Source of the DNA: a virus
Virus genome (UHGV): UHGV-0191845
Direction: 5' to 3' (one strand)
Length of the DNA stretch: 40,236 nt
The notes below the pieces were generated by a model. The model saw only the letters and a program-made list of their open reading frames with translations, did not search any database and was not told the DNA's origin. Positions 15,801 to 23,530 of the stretch are shown piece by piece. Position numbers and translations under genes: made by a program. The first letter of the stretch is position 1. The number at the start of each line of letters is the position of its first letter.

Positions 15801-18324
15801 CGTTCCCGGCAGCGGCTTTGTGATCGAAAAGCTGGGCGGAGACATGCTGCGGCATGTGCAGACGACCGACAATGCGGACGCAAGGCTTTCGGAAGCAAAA
15901 AACAGGCTGAACACCGCGGAGGGGATTCCGCAGGAATTTAACGGAATCGAGGACGTGGGAAGCTGGGAAAGCCTTATAAAGCGCGGAACGGAATACGTCA
16001 GCGTTATGAAGGACGGAAAAAAGCAGTATTATCAGGTGCATGACAAGGAGCTTTTAAGATCGATTGCGGACATGAGCCCGAATCAGCTAAACGGTTTTCT
16101 TAAATTCAGCAGAATGATACTCAATATAAGAAAGATTTTCATCACGCAGATGAATTATTTGTTTTCCACAACGAACCCGGCGCGCGATATTCAGACAGCA
16201 TGGCACAACATGGGGATTAACAATCCGGCGCAGTTTGTAGGAGAATATTTCTCGGCGCTGGCGAGCGTTATAAAAAAGGACGAATCATACAGGCGCTGGT
16301 GCGCGATGGGCGGCGGACAGAGCAGCGAGCTTTCGGCAAACATCGATGAAATTTCGCGCTCAATGTCAAAGGCGATGAACGGGCGGCTAAGGTACGCTAT
16401 AGAAAACCCGACAAAGATATTTTCCGAAATATTCGGGGCGGTTGCAGACCTGAACGACCTCATGGAATCGGCGCCGCGGCTGATGGCATTTAAAAATGAA
16501 ATGAAAAGAAGCGGAGACGTTCAGCAGGCGATATACGAGGCGGACGATGTGACAACGAATTTCAAGCGCATGGGAACAAAGGGGCGCGTTGCAAACAGCA
16601 TGTTCATGTTCGCAAATGCGCAGATACAGGGGTTTGACAGAGGAATCCGCAGCTTTACTGACGCATCGGCAGGGGAGCGCACGGCGCGCATTGCAAAGTA
16701 TGTGATAGGCGCAATGCTCATGGCGGCGCTGAAGCAGTGGTGGAACAGAGAAAAGGACGAGGACGGTTATAACAAGCTTTCAAACTACATGAAGAACGCG
16801 CACACGATTATCGCACTCGGGAAAGGAAGCTTTCTAAGGATTCCGAACGCGAGGGAGCAATCGCTTGCATCGGCAGCGCTGGACAGGGCGATGGATTATT
16901 TCAAGGGGGACAAGGAAGCTTTTGACGGATTCATCGGTTTTGCGGTTGACAACCTTATGCCGCCGTTTATCCCCGTGCCGACCGACATAAACGGAAAGAG
17001 CGCAACCGACATTTTCACCGACTGCATACTGGAAGCGGCGCGGAACACAATGTTCGGAACGGCTACGGACTTTATGGCGAACAAGAATTTCACGGGCAGC
17101 CCGATTGTGCCGGAGGCATACAGCGATCTGCCGCCGGAGCAGCAATACAACGAGAGAACGACCAAGCCGGCAATATGGCTCGGAAAGAAGCTGAAGGATT
17201 CTCCGATGAGGCTTGATTATATCATCAACAACAATCTCGACGTTTTCGGAAATATCAACAAGGCGCTGCTTCCGAACGATGACGCGCAGCGCGACAAAAC
17301 GCTCGGCTTCAAAAACCGCTGGACCGCGGACGCGTACTATTCGACCGATATTTTGAACAGGGAATACGAGGCAAAGGACGCCGCCGACATGGAGCTGAAG
17401 CGCAGCAACACGCCGAAAAATGCGGAGGACTATTACGGAAAGCTTGAAAAGACGACATATATTTCACAGATGAACGGGGCAATAAATGAAATGCCGCAGG
17501 ACGAAAAGCGCGGCGCGAGAAAGCAGCTGCTTGACGTTGTGACGGGGTGGAGTGCAGCGGACGCGGAGGTTTCGGACGAGCTTCGCAGGCTGTACAAAAA
17601 GACGGGCGAGAACCGATTCTGGCAAACACCCGACAGGACTTTCAATGTAAACGGCGAGGAAATCAGCCTTTCTCCGAAAAAGTACGAAAGGTTTGCGCTT
17701 GAAGCGAGAGAGAATTTTGACAAAAACGCAGCGGAGCTTATAAATTCCAAGCTTTACAAATCGCTCAATGACGCGGAAAAGGCGGAGGCGATGCAGAGCG
17801 TGCGCGAATACACGGTTGCGGCAGGGCGAAAGGACGCCGACAGGAATTATTCGCTCGAAAAGTGGCAGGTAGGCGTATACAGCGGAGATATCAGCTTAAA
17901 TGACAGCATATCCGAAAAGGTTACGAAGAAAAGAACCGAGGCGGCAAAGGAACGCAAGCGCGCCGAAATCAGCATAGACACGAAGAACGCGACCGGCTAC
18001 ACAAAGGAACAGGCGGAGAGGCTTACATCGGAAGCGGCGCAGTATTACGCGAACAAGGAACAGGATAAAAATTATGTCGGCACAAATACTTATGCGCATA
18101 TGGAAAAATACGAAAACACGCTTAAAAAATACATGCCGCTGAATGATTATCTGCAAATCCGCACGGGATATTACGCATACAAGGAAAGCATCGGCAAGCG
18201 CGACAAGAGCAGTCTTAAAAAACAGGAGCTGACGGCATATATAAACAGCTGCACGGATTCGCGCGAGGTTCGGCGCGCGCTTTTTGACGCACTTCCGCAC
18301 GGCGGCAGCAAGAATCCTTATTAA
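9805..18324 (+). CDS. Giant polyvalent virion protein (2839 aa): two zincin HExxH domains, LPD3-like and MuF-C-like (BECR-fold) modules, LPD38-like C-terminal region
   Basis: IVHEFSH (~12751-12771) and VAHEVGH (~14671-14691); AT-richer modules at ~13141-13600 and ~13762-14300; FLRIP...NKNFTGSPIVP...SPMRLDYII resembles LPD38. Recognised by motif only. Confidence 0.75.
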   Translation: MAKKDKEKKKERETAKKEVRQSAAKAAAEGLSEHILSGNALREKKKTSAAAPDPTFGTGTVRVKASKDGTKAELDMPKKAVSSWVKSDAAKRMSSSAETFEKERQRQRAQTDQNKRLRQRVSSAAASAAKEDADSLLKTSFKDRMKGTQARRVPDPTFGTDMFSDKISGKGIKNYVRGTEEREQRRKIANSWENEKKNLEAMKSGKLPDTEIKIPGVKSMLPRYMGERVGKEAFDIIDKYATDDERRALRKVLETKGQNEYGKALRAALPEIGARGAREESRINYDYGKEHPILASAVSVPANMEAGVQASLDNTGQQLKKQLTMIGKTLGTKKMKEYFEAKEKDENATADALMEGSLSTDRRGADVYTQAFQRLRNVQAMREGAGSHFGKFRMIYDIGMSVVDSVFATAVAGPAATGILAANAAASGMIEAAERGASDDQILATGVAQGVAEGLFEKISIDHFIKIKDAPGLRGAVRLALSGNKRGAAKILKTAGQNTLKQAAIEGSEEAFTEVANILTDAAIMDGSSETQLRIREYVHGGMSEKEARKKAYIDNVGQVALSAAGGALSGALMGGFGAAIGNGDAAPYTNESLAGQESFYRSAGERGASFENANAADSMQALSPAERESAYRSGQQAFAQSVTDTIKKDPGEGGVRLALLRSGFTGADDAVLARDIIDFARGKKLTDGQRRRMSTNDSVMRVTEAIAASPETMEAIRNRYAEAQSRAETVRGENKKNSSNTGSAQESALPNRPELSFNNSTSQENANVNGENLTNEGGSQRLDPRTPIEEIRRTMGEDAAMTELFRRESGLFQTAGRNGDDFETLFSQAPLRMVDRRAAETAYRAGIKDRFYAAGENGESFESVRGFAPERMQAAAAEAYQKGLDSRARNAEQIYSGETREGGGYGRPDTSGKQPGLVWNEEAQQLTPQERKNIAALARKLGKRVYIQTGLVTDDGRPALGKINDAAIYADPSRGTLVQDIIVHEFSHRMKQLSPDSWQKYADYAINDLKKTGRYDGIYSEFTKHYDGMAESEIHEEMAADYAYKMFDSEESLTELIRQDKPLAEKIKDVWFALLEKLGRDVTLKRAKNMWKMCLTEAGKTAERGGNQSGTKYKIAYTTDNQPVVVVEEDFLKGIDPKDHIKETKKKLAEFSPGIQINGRFIAVNKTTRGEFTFSKNSRHLKGISPDVHSDKMRIAENIDDAVKASTDYVGEAPKHERKDNIKEFARGSLLVQVGKNQYDADVVVGWTGEQMVLYDIVKMKRTSFDIKKEAPSSKTGTTQNTTLPSSGGMLPNDSVTQPGGVVKGGNSSNQGKNSGGTKYMLNPNFNKAVDNWYKNLKQKTGVTLLVGETSEALMNIGVKKQKIYWDTTKINMTLNKHTDINIDVIKSVPYLLENPVLITRTKDPKNRQGNNRISLYGDLYNRDGLPVAVFLELEPDNGKFILDEIKIVSTYAKSDASNPSSMEGTQRQLNSQQIISNNKKRTAGWLARTGLQLPFLPADSGSEYRIPYKDKIVKGENSSKSEKNMLPFEGGQREFTRTEERHAGQRAYKPTDTMTAREWQTERRNGNTVDAASLREIADIVRNDFGIPVSKEHFENENVTGIFNEMPETIRTAVTNDIVTVAHEVGHLLDRKLGLEDSPHLQQAFDMIDRDFAMNYSGKEIKGEAVSEFIRTYIKNKDEAKAAAPDFYEDFESRIKGTEYEKPLARLADSVNAYLSAGATERINLALAPEESKKTALKRAAENKAKMGEVFARLQNDWVDSFYGIKRTETLLQVKEKGKYSPYVLATNSRNAASKAAYILTQKFVDHEGNEIGDSFIDCLNPLNSKNRKQRESNLSELNRYLILKHALEWIEPQNGAKQKRVFADPTLENPDVIRSEIARIEQNVPQVREAAERIYEYQRNLMQIYGVESGGISQQTADDLRKKYPCYVPFIRQSEKKKTMRARSTIANQRAPVMHAFGGGELIVNPLESIIGKTESYVKFAARNSAMRALTDIADSVPGSGFVIEKLGGDMLRHVQTTDNADARLSEAKNRLNTAEGIPQEFNGIEDVGSWESLIKRGTEYVSVMKDGKKQYYQVHDKELLRSIADMSPNQLNGFLKFSRMILNIRKIFITQMNYLFSTTNPARDIQTAWHNMGINNPAQFVGEYFSALASVIKKDESYRRWCAMGGGQSSELSANIDEISRSMSKAMNGRLRYAIENPTKIFSEIFGAVADLNDLMESAPRLMAFKNEMKRSGDVQQAIYEADDVTTNFKRMGTKGRVANSMFMFANAQIQGFDRGIRSFTDASAGERTARIAKYVIGAMLMAALKQWWNREKDEDGYNKLSNYMKNAHTIIALGKGSFLRIPNAREQSLASAALDRAMDYFKGDKEAFDGFIGFAVDNLMPPFIPVPTDINGKSATDIFTDCILEAARNTMFGTATDFMANKNFTGSPIVPEAYSDLPPEQQYNERTTKPAIWLGKKLKDSPMRLDYIINNNLDVFGNINKALLPNDDAQRDKTLGFKNRWTADAYYSTDILNREYEAKDAADMELKRSNTPKNAEDYYGKLEKTTYISQMNGAINEMPQDEKRGARKQLLDVVTGWSAADAEVSDELRRLYKKTGENRFWQTPDRTFNVNGEEISLSPKKYERFALEARENFDKNAAELINSKLYKSLNDAEKAEAMQSVREYTVAAGRKDADRNYSLEKWQVGVYSGDISLNDSISEKVTKKRTEAAKERKRAEISIDTKNATGYTKEQAERLTSEAAQYYANKEQDKNYVGTNTYAHMEKYENTLKKYMPLNDYLQIRTGYYAYKESIGKRDKSSLKKQELTAYINSCTDSREVRRALFDALPHGGSKNPY
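12010..12078 (-). ncRNA. Candidate antisense hairpin sRNA 3 (orphan) inside the giant ORF
   Basis: Minus-strand TTGACA (12113-12108), 17 bp, TGTACT (12090-12085); RNA GAAAGACAGCUCC...GGAGCUGU with a U8 run. Confidence 0.55.
13608..13683 (-). ncRNA. Candidate antisense hairpin sRNA 1 at the end of the LPD3-like module
   Basis: Minus-strand TTGACA (13718-13713), 17 bp, TG-n-TACACT (13695-13690); +1 at 13683 begins AGGAAGCAUUCCUC, which pairs with 3' GAGGGUGCUUCCU, followed by a U run. Confidence 0.7.
14245..14316 (-). ncRNA. Candidate antisense hairpin sRNA 2 at the end of the MuF-C-like module
   Basis: Minus-strand TTGACA (14351-14346), 17 bp, TG-n-TATTCT (14328-14323); +1 at 14316 begins AGAACCGC, which pairs with 3' GCGGUUCU, followed by a U run. 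Confidence 0.7.
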
Positions 18325-18325
18325 G

Positions 18326-18354
18326 TTTACAGCATTTTAATTTGATGTTAAAAT
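18326..18354 (+). promoter_or_regulatory. Putative lysis-cassette promoter
   Basis: TTTACA, 17 bp, TG-n-TAAAAT upstream of the holin gene. Confidence 0.65.
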
Positions 18355-18377
18355 TAATTCAAGGGAGTGATTGAGTC

Positions 18378-18569
18378 ATGAAGGAATTAAGAAAGCTTAT
18401 CGATGTGAAAAGCATTGTAACGCTTCTTTTGGTGTTTACACTGGTGTACATTGTGGTAACCGGAAAAACGCTTGACGAAAAGGTGTTTCTGCTTTTCAGC
18501 AACACTGTCACGATGATAGTGACATATTTTTTCACGAAGAAAAAGACCGGCGGTGACGGCCATGAGTGA
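18378..18569 (+). CDS. Holin-like two-TM membrane protein
   Basis: 63 aa, two hydrophobic helices, KLIDVKSIVTL and YFFTKK motifs; lysis cassette. Confidence 0.7.
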   Translation: MKELRKLIDVKSIVTLLLVFTLVYIVVTGKTLDEKVFLLFSNTVTMIVTYFFTKKKTGGDGHE

Positions 18570-18810
18570 AACGATTATAACAGCGATAATCACGGGCGGA
18601 CTGGCGCTGATTGGCAGCCTTGCGGCGAACAACAAAACAAAGGCGCTGATTCTGTACCGGCTCGAACAGATTGAGCAGAAGCAGGACAAGCACAATGCAG
18701 TAATCGAGCGGACGTATCACATCGAAAGCATACTTGCGGAATACGGCAACAGGATAAAAGTGTCGGAGCACCGTATCGAGGATTTGGAAAAGGAGAGTCA
18801 CCATGGATAA
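18562..18810 (+). CDS. Holin-like / lysis-associated single-TM coiled-coil protein
   Basis: MSETIITAIITGGLALIG...YRLEQIEQKQDKHNAVIERTY, a common type in Firmicutes lysis cassettes. Confidence 0.7.
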   Translation: MSETIITAIITGGLALIGSLAANNKTKALILYRLEQIEQKQDKHNAVIERTYHIESILAEYGNRIKVSEHRIEDLEKESHHG

Positions 18811-20164
18811 ATTCACGCTTCCGAAGGAGCGGCTTCCGCGCCCGTTCTCGCAGAATATCTACAAGGGCGGCAAGTTATATTCCTCTGTCGGTTCGTGCGT
18901 TGCGTGCACGTTTACGCGCATTTTGGAGGTTATCAATTACCTTAAAACCGATGCATATGTAAATCTGTCAGTCGGGTATATGTACGGGCGGCACAACCGA
19001 AAGGACAAGCAGGGCGGCGGCATGAATGAAAGGCTCGTTCTCGATGAGCTTGTGCAGTCGGGCACCGTTCCCGAAAGTATGTGCGCCGATTACTGCGAGT
19101 TTCCCGAAATAAAGAATATACTTGAAAGCCGCGCAGACCTTGCAGAGCTTGACGAAGCGGCAAGGGAATATAGAATAAACGGGTGGACGGACATCAGCGG
19201 CAGCGGCTTCAAGGCGCGTTTTGAGTGTATTAAAAAATATCTGACCGTGTACGGCTTGCCGCTTGCAGGCAGAACACGCAAATGCGGAGAAAATCACGAA
19301 TGCCTGATAGTAGGCTTTGACGGTGATTATATCCTGTGGCTTGACCATGACGGAACGGATAAGATACACAGCTCGAAATACGACAAATTTACGGCGGCAT
19401 TTTTTATTGACGGAGGCACGGGAGAAATGGATAATTTCAGAATATTTACATCAGCGGAGCTTAAGGCGTGGCTTGCAGCGCAGAGCGTGAAAAGAAAAAT
19501 AACAACAGTGCAGCTGCATCACACCTACGGCCCGTCATACAAGGACTTTAACGGGAGCAATCATGCAAAGCTTCAAAGCGGCATGAAAAGCTATCATGTG
19601 AAATCGCGCGGATTTTCGGACATAGCGCAGCACTTCACAATCTTTCCCGATGGCAAAATAATGACGGGGCGCAGCCTTGACCGCGCGGCGGCAGGGATAA
19701 TCGGGTGCAACGCGAGCGGCATATGCATTGAGTGCCTCGGAAATTTTGACACAGGCGGCGATACAATGACCGCGGCGCAAAAGGCGGCAATCGCGAAAAC
19801 GGTGAAAATTCTGCTTGACAGGTTTCATCTTACCGCCGATAACGTGACATACCATGCATGGTGGACGGCAAAAGGGCGGCAGCTCGGCGACTACATCAAA
19901 GGAAAGTCCGCAAAAACATGTCCCGGCACAAGCTTTTTCGGGGGCAACACACGGGCGGCATATGAAAAAAATCTCCGCCCGATGATAGAATCAAAGGGGG
20001 AGACAGTTTTGAAAAAGGTTGAAAGCATTAACGACATCGTTTGGGAGCTCACAAACGCCGGAATCGTCACGGACGGCAAGCTGTGGATGAAGAAATGCGC
20101 CGAGGATAAAAATGTTTATTGGCTTTGTTACAAGATGGCGAATAAATTGAGAGGAACGCTGTAG
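18803..20164 (+). CDS. Endolysin: papain-like (C1) N-terminal domain, Amidase_2 domain and short C-terminal domain
   Basis: GSCVAC...LSVGYMY...HECLIVGFD; amidase VQLHHT, DIAQHFTIFPDG, ICIECLGNFD, YH...KTCPG. Confidence 0.85.
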   Translation: MDKFTLPKERLPRPFSQNIYKGGKLYSSVGSCVACTFTRILEVINYLKTDAYVNLSVGYMYGRHNRKDKQGGGMNERLVLDELVQSGTVPESMCADYCEFPEIKNILESRADLAELDEAAREYRINGWTDISGSGFKARFECIKKYLTVYGLPLAGRTRKCGENHECLIVGFDGDYILWLDHDGTDKIHSSKYDKFTAAFFIDGGTGEMDNFRIFTSAELKAWLAAQSVKRKITTVQLHHTYGPSYKDFNGSNHAKLQSGMKSYHVKSRGFSDIAQHFTIFPDGKIMTGRSLDRAAAGIIGCNASGICIECLGNFDTGGDTMTAAQKAAIAKTVKILLDRFHLTADNVTYHAWWTAKGRQLGDYIKGKSAKTCPGTSFFGGNTRAAYEKNLRPMIESKGETVLKKVESINDIVWELTNAGIVTDGKLWMKKCAEDKNVYWLCYKMANKLRGTL

Positions 20165-20210
20165 CGTTTTAGTCAAAATTTAGTCAAACAGCGAATTTTA
20201 ACGAAAAACA

Positions 20211-20253
20211 AAAACCGCATTATATACCGTAAATGGCTATATAATGCGGTTTT
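20211..20253. terminator. Bidirectional terminator hairpin
   Basis: Perfect 16-bp stem AAAACCGCATTATATA / TATATAATGCGGTTTT between the endolysin and the tRNA 3' end. Confidence 0.85.
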
Positions 20254-20257
20254 CGAC

Positions 20258-20303
20258 TGGTGCGCCATCAGGGACTCGAACCCTGGACACCCTGATTAAG
20301 AGT
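20258..20303 (-). other. attP core: 3' half of tRNA-Lys(CTT)
   Basis: Minus strand reads ACTCTTAATCAGGGTGTCCAGGGTTCGAGTCCCTGATGGCGCACCA (anticodon loop CT-CTT-AA, T-arm GGTTCGAGTCC, CCA end); no 5' half present. Confidence 0.9.
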
Positions 20304-20468
20304 TATAGAATTTCGGGGTGGGGTAAATGCCGAAAAAATGGCGGTTTTGCCTATTTTTCGGGAGGTTGTGGGTAACACACAGTACATTTCGGTGCTGTGA
20401 TTTTATACTGATTATTTAGTCAAAATCGGTATTATTTAGTCAAAATTTAGTCAGAAAATCAAAGGGAA

Positions 20469-21563
20469 TCAGCCGAGAAATGCATTAAGTTTTTCCTCGG
20501 CGTCATCAATTTTTTTATCGGAGAGGTGGGTATATATATCCATTGTCATTTGAATTGACGAATGACCGAGGAGGTATTGTGCGGTTTTGACATCGATTCC
20601 GGCTTCGAAAAGTGTTGTTGCGTATGTATGGCGGAGAAGGTGCGGAGTTACATCATCGCCGACAGGGGAAAATTCCTGCACCTTTTTTATGATTCCGTTC
20701 CAAAACTTTGTGAATGATGATTTCGTCATAAGCGATGAAGAATCTTTCTGTTTCGGGAAAACGACATCGCCGGGAAGAGAGAGAAGATAATCATTTATAA
20801 CGGAGGCTGCTGCGGACGGCAGCGGCACGGAACGGTTACCGGCTTCAGATTTCGGGCTGTGCTTCAGCTCAGATTCGCCGGAATCCTTTAAAATGAGATT
20901 CTTTGATACATTCACCTTGCCGTCTGCGAAATCGTCTTTAAAAAGGGCGAGAGCTTCACCGCGGCGCAGACCGCAATATAACAAAAGATAAATATAGGAT
21001 TTTTCCTTTAAAGAGAGCGGTGCGGAGACGAAAGCCTTTTTTTCGTCATCCGTGAGCGCTCTTTTTTTCTTGCGCTCTTTATTTTGCGGCAGGCGAACGG
21101 TTTGAGCTGCGCTGCGCGGAACGATATCGCTTTCAGCCGCGGCGGACAGGAGCTGCTTTAAAACAAGCAGAACCAGCTCTGCGGTGCGGCGCTTCCCGGA
21201 AGACAGGAGAGAATTGACGAGCTGCTGAACATGGAGCTTTTTTATATCCTTGACTTTCACCCTGCCGAGAGACGGAAGAATGTGGACGCGGAGCGCGTCC
21301 GAGTAAGACCGGCGGGTGTTATAGGAAACGTTCGCCTTATAGACGGAGATCCATTTTTCAGACCATTCGGCAAGCGTTATCCCATCGTCAAAGCAATATG
21401 TTCCGTTGCCGAGCGAGAGACGGATCTGTTCCGCTTTGCGGATTGTTTCGGCTTGAGTTTTTCCGTACACGCTTTTATATTTCGGTTTCCCGTTGTCGCC
21501 GTAACCGACAAGGACATTTATGAGATAACGCCCGTCGGCGCGTTTTTTTATTTTCATATGCAA
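20469..21563 (-). CDS. int: Tyrosine integrase
   Basis: N-terminal arm-binding domain (KKRADGRY...YKSVYGKT); catalytic GLRRGEALAL, KSEAGNR, HLLRHTYAT, LGHSSIQMTMDIYTH. Confidence 0.97.
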   Translation of the reverse strand: MHMKIKKRADGRYLINVLVGYGDNGKPKYKSVYGKTQAETIRKAEQIRLSLGNGTYCFDDGITLAEWSEKWISVYKANVSYNTRRSYSDALRVHILPSLGRVKVKDIKKLHVQQLVNSLLSSGKRRTAELVLLVLKQLLSAAAESDIVPRSAAQTVRLPQNKERKKKRALTDDEKKAFVSAPLSLKEKSYIYLLLYCGLRRGEALALFKDDFADGKVNVSKNLILKDSGESELKHSPKSEAGNRSVPLPSAAASVINDYLLSLPGDVVFPKQKDSSSLMTKSSFTKFWNGIIKKVQEFSPVGDDVTPHLLRHTYATTLFEAGIDVKTAQYLLGHSSIQMTMDIYTHLSDKKIDDAEEKLNAFLG

Positions 21564-21590
21564 AACCTCCGGGAGAGTGAAAGATAAGCC

Positions 21591-21628
21591 GCCGAAGCGG
21601 CGGCTTTGAAAATCCCAAACGTTTGGGG
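21591..21628. repeat. 38-bp direct repeat, copy 1 (copy 2 at 23491-23528)
   Basis: GCCG(A/G)AGCGGCGGCTTTGAAAATCCCAAACGTTTGGGG, one mismatch; contains the palindrome CCCAAACGTTTGGG. Confidence 0.9.
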
Positions 21629-21639
21629 GAAAGGCTATA

Positions 21640-21837
21640 CTATCGGAATCTGAAATTGATTCCGCTTTGTTTCAATATGGCGTTCGCTGTGTGTCTTGAT
21701 TTGATTTTTGTGTCAACCGTGACATGACGTGAAGTGATGGGACTGTACCAAATATCATGATCGCCTTTGCCGCGTCTGACAAAAGAACAGTTATTCTCTT
21801 TTAATATTCGGCGGACTTCTTTCTCAAACTCAGCCAT
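21640..21837 (-). CDS. hicA: HicA-family mRNA interferase toxin
   Basis: RRGKGDHDIWYSP...HTANAILKQSG HicA signature, 65 aa. Confidence 0.9.
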   Translation of the reverse strand: MAEFEKEVRRILKENNCSFVRRGKGDHDIWYSPITSRHVTVDTKIKSRHTANAILKQSGINFRFR

Positions 21838-22055
21838 TACAACGCAATCCTTTCGTGCCGTTCGGACAGAAATGACACATTGAGCGGCATTTTTTTATCA
21901 TTGTTAAGCTCCAGCAGTTCGGGGATTGCAAAGCGCACGCGCTCTAAAAGTGCGTCATACGAGCCGGATTCAAGGACAAGCCCGGGAATATCTTCACTTG
22001 TTGCGACCCAGACGTTCGCATCGTTATCCCAAAGCAGTTTTATAACATATTCCAT
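21837..22055 (-). CDS. hicB: HicB-like antitoxin (short, DUF1902 type)
   Basis: WDNDANVWVATSEDIPGLVLESGSYDALLERVRFAIPELLELN; coupled to hicA; GGAGGTG RBS. Confidence 0.85.
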   Translation of the reverse strand: MEYVIKLLWDNDANVWVATSEDIPGLVLESGSYDALLERVRFAIPELLELNNDKKMPLNVSFLSERHERIAL

Positions 22056-22234
22056 ATGCGACACCTCCATATATTAGTATATCTGATTTCAATGTTGTTA
22101 TTACGGTTCAGGCATAACAGACCCGAATGCCATGCGCCCACTGTTGAAACAAAGTGTTATTGCGAGGGAGAACAAGAATAGCTTTTTTCTCATATGTAAA
22201 AACCTCGGTTATATTTAATGACCGTCTGTCGTAG

Positions 22235-22612
22235 TCAAAATCGTAAATATGCAGTAATGACAAATAATGCTGCAAGAGGAATAAAAGCAACAGCACATAT
22301 TATAACAATTTTTAAATTACGCTTGTAAACGGGCTTCCACGATTCTGAATCATGGCTGTTCGAATATGTTGCGGCATAGGTTGTTGACTTAATCCATTTG
22401 TATTTTTTTAAGTAAAGAACAATAAAAATAATGTAAAAGAAACAGTAAACAAGAGCTATGCTTCCGGCAATGTTGTTAGCAATACCGTACAAAAGAAAGG
22501 AATCAACAAGTGCTATGATGGCGAATAATCTGTACGGCAGTTTCTCTTTAAGAGGTATTTGCTTACGAATACCGTCATCGGTATAATACAGGGAACGTTC
22601 ATATTCGGTCAT
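22235..22612 (-). CDS. Hypothetical membrane protein (about 3 TM)
   Basis: AAAGGAG RBS, hydrophobic segments, AT-rich. Confidence 0.7.
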   Translation of the reverse strand: MTEYERSLYYTDDGIRKQIPLKEKLPYRLFAIIALVDSFLLYGIANNIAGSIALVYCFFYIIFIVLYLKKYKWIKSTTYAATYSNSHDSESWKPVYKRNLKIVIICAVAFIPLAALFVITAYLRF

Positions 22613-22637
22613 AAGAAATCTCCTTTCTTTTGCGCAA

Positions 22638-22898
22638 TTATCTTATAATATCTGATATCATATCATACCAATAGATCAGAGGTATGGTAATAATGGCTTG
22701 AATGCATTGAAATACAAAAGGATATCTGTATATAATCATGAACTGCCTGTAATCGCATAAATCCTTGTCAGCCATAAATTCCTCATGCGAATCGGTCTTT
22801 GTGCGTTTGTATATTCTCCATTCCGCATAAACCCCTAAAAACTGCATAAACACAAATATTTTGATAACGAGATTTCCTATCAGAAAATTATTAACCAA
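22638..22898 (-). CDS. Hypothetical membrane protein
   Basis: 86 aa with two hydrophobic segments; may be the frameshifted 3' part of 22891-23181. Confidence 0.5.
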   Translation of the reverse strand: MVNNFLIGNLVIKIFVFMQFLGVYAEWRIYKRTKTDSHEEFMADKDLCDYRQFMIIYRYPFVFQCIQAIITIPLIYWYDMISDIIR

Positions 22899-23181
22899 TA
22901 ATCCGATAGCAACGTAGAGCCATGTCCAAACGCTTTTTTGCCCACAGGATTTTTCTTATATTTGCAAAACCCGGCTCATACCGGCTATAAGAATTAATAT
23001 CTGAATGTACAAGAAAAAAACTGTCGGGCAGCAAGAAATTATTTTGTATGTACAAATACCGCAGTTTTATTATAAGGGCAAACAGATAATAGACCAAAGC
23101 AATGGGAATAACGGAATAAGCGATAAAAAATAACACTGATCCGACCTCTTTCAATATTTGATATTTGAGCTTGCATAGCAT
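22891..23181 (-). CDS. Hypothetical membrane protein
   Basis: GAGGGT RBS, N-terminal TM helix. Confidence 0.55.
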   Translation of the reverse strand: MLCKLKYQILKEVGSVLFFIAYSVIPIALVYYLFALIIKLRYLYIQNNFLLPDSFFLVHSDINSYSRYEPGFANIRKILWAKKRLDMALRCYRIIG

Positions 23182-23219
23182 AATAACAACCCTCAGTCAT
23201 TTGTTAAATTCGGGTGTTA

Positions 23220-23510
23220 TCACGGTTTACAAACAGAGCAGGGAGCGTAGTGCTTTAATGCTTCCGTTTTGCTGAGCGCAACGCAGAATTTATCCTTGAC
23301 ATACATGCAATCGGCGCGGTGATACTTTGTGCCGGAGTGAGTTATATACACGGCAGCGGACGGCGCGGGTTTTTCGGCAGCAGATGCGCCCGCATTAACG
23401 GTTTGAACCGCATGGGGATTGTGCAGAGAATAGCCCGTGATTCCGCCGGCGGCAAATGCGAGCACGGCAATTGCTGCGAGGACGGAAAGCGCCGGAGCGG
23501 CGGCTTTGAA
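23220..23510 (-). pseudogene. Probable 5'-truncated TM plus Zn-finger gene (Ada metal-binding-like), paralogous to the C-terminus of 24310-24939
   Basis: VYITHSGTKYHRADC...YAPCSVCKP; the frame runs back into the 38-bp repeat with no RBS or ATG. Confidence 0.55.
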
Positions 23511-23528
23511 AATCCCAAACGTTTGGGG
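23491..23528. repeat. 38-bp direct repeat, copy 2
   Basis: Matches 21591-21628, 1900 bp away. Confidence 0.9.
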
Positions 23529-23530
23529 AA

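Larger units (their letters stand above)
20168..20455. promoter_or_regulatory. attP region: five TTTAGTCA(A/G)A integrase arm-type repeats around the core
   Basis: Copies at 20168, 20179, 20415, 20435 and 20446 flank the tRNA-derived core next to the integrase gene. Confidence 0.8.

Noticed and set aside
16341..16369. Other minus-strand TTGACA hexamers in the giant ORF (16364-69, 13578-83)
   Set aside because: No -10 at 17 bp and no hairpin plus U run downstream; these act as internal negative controls for the three accepted units.
20258..20303. Functional tRNA-Lys gene
   Set aside because: Only the 3' half is present; no D-arm or acceptor 5' strand upstream, so it is the attP core.
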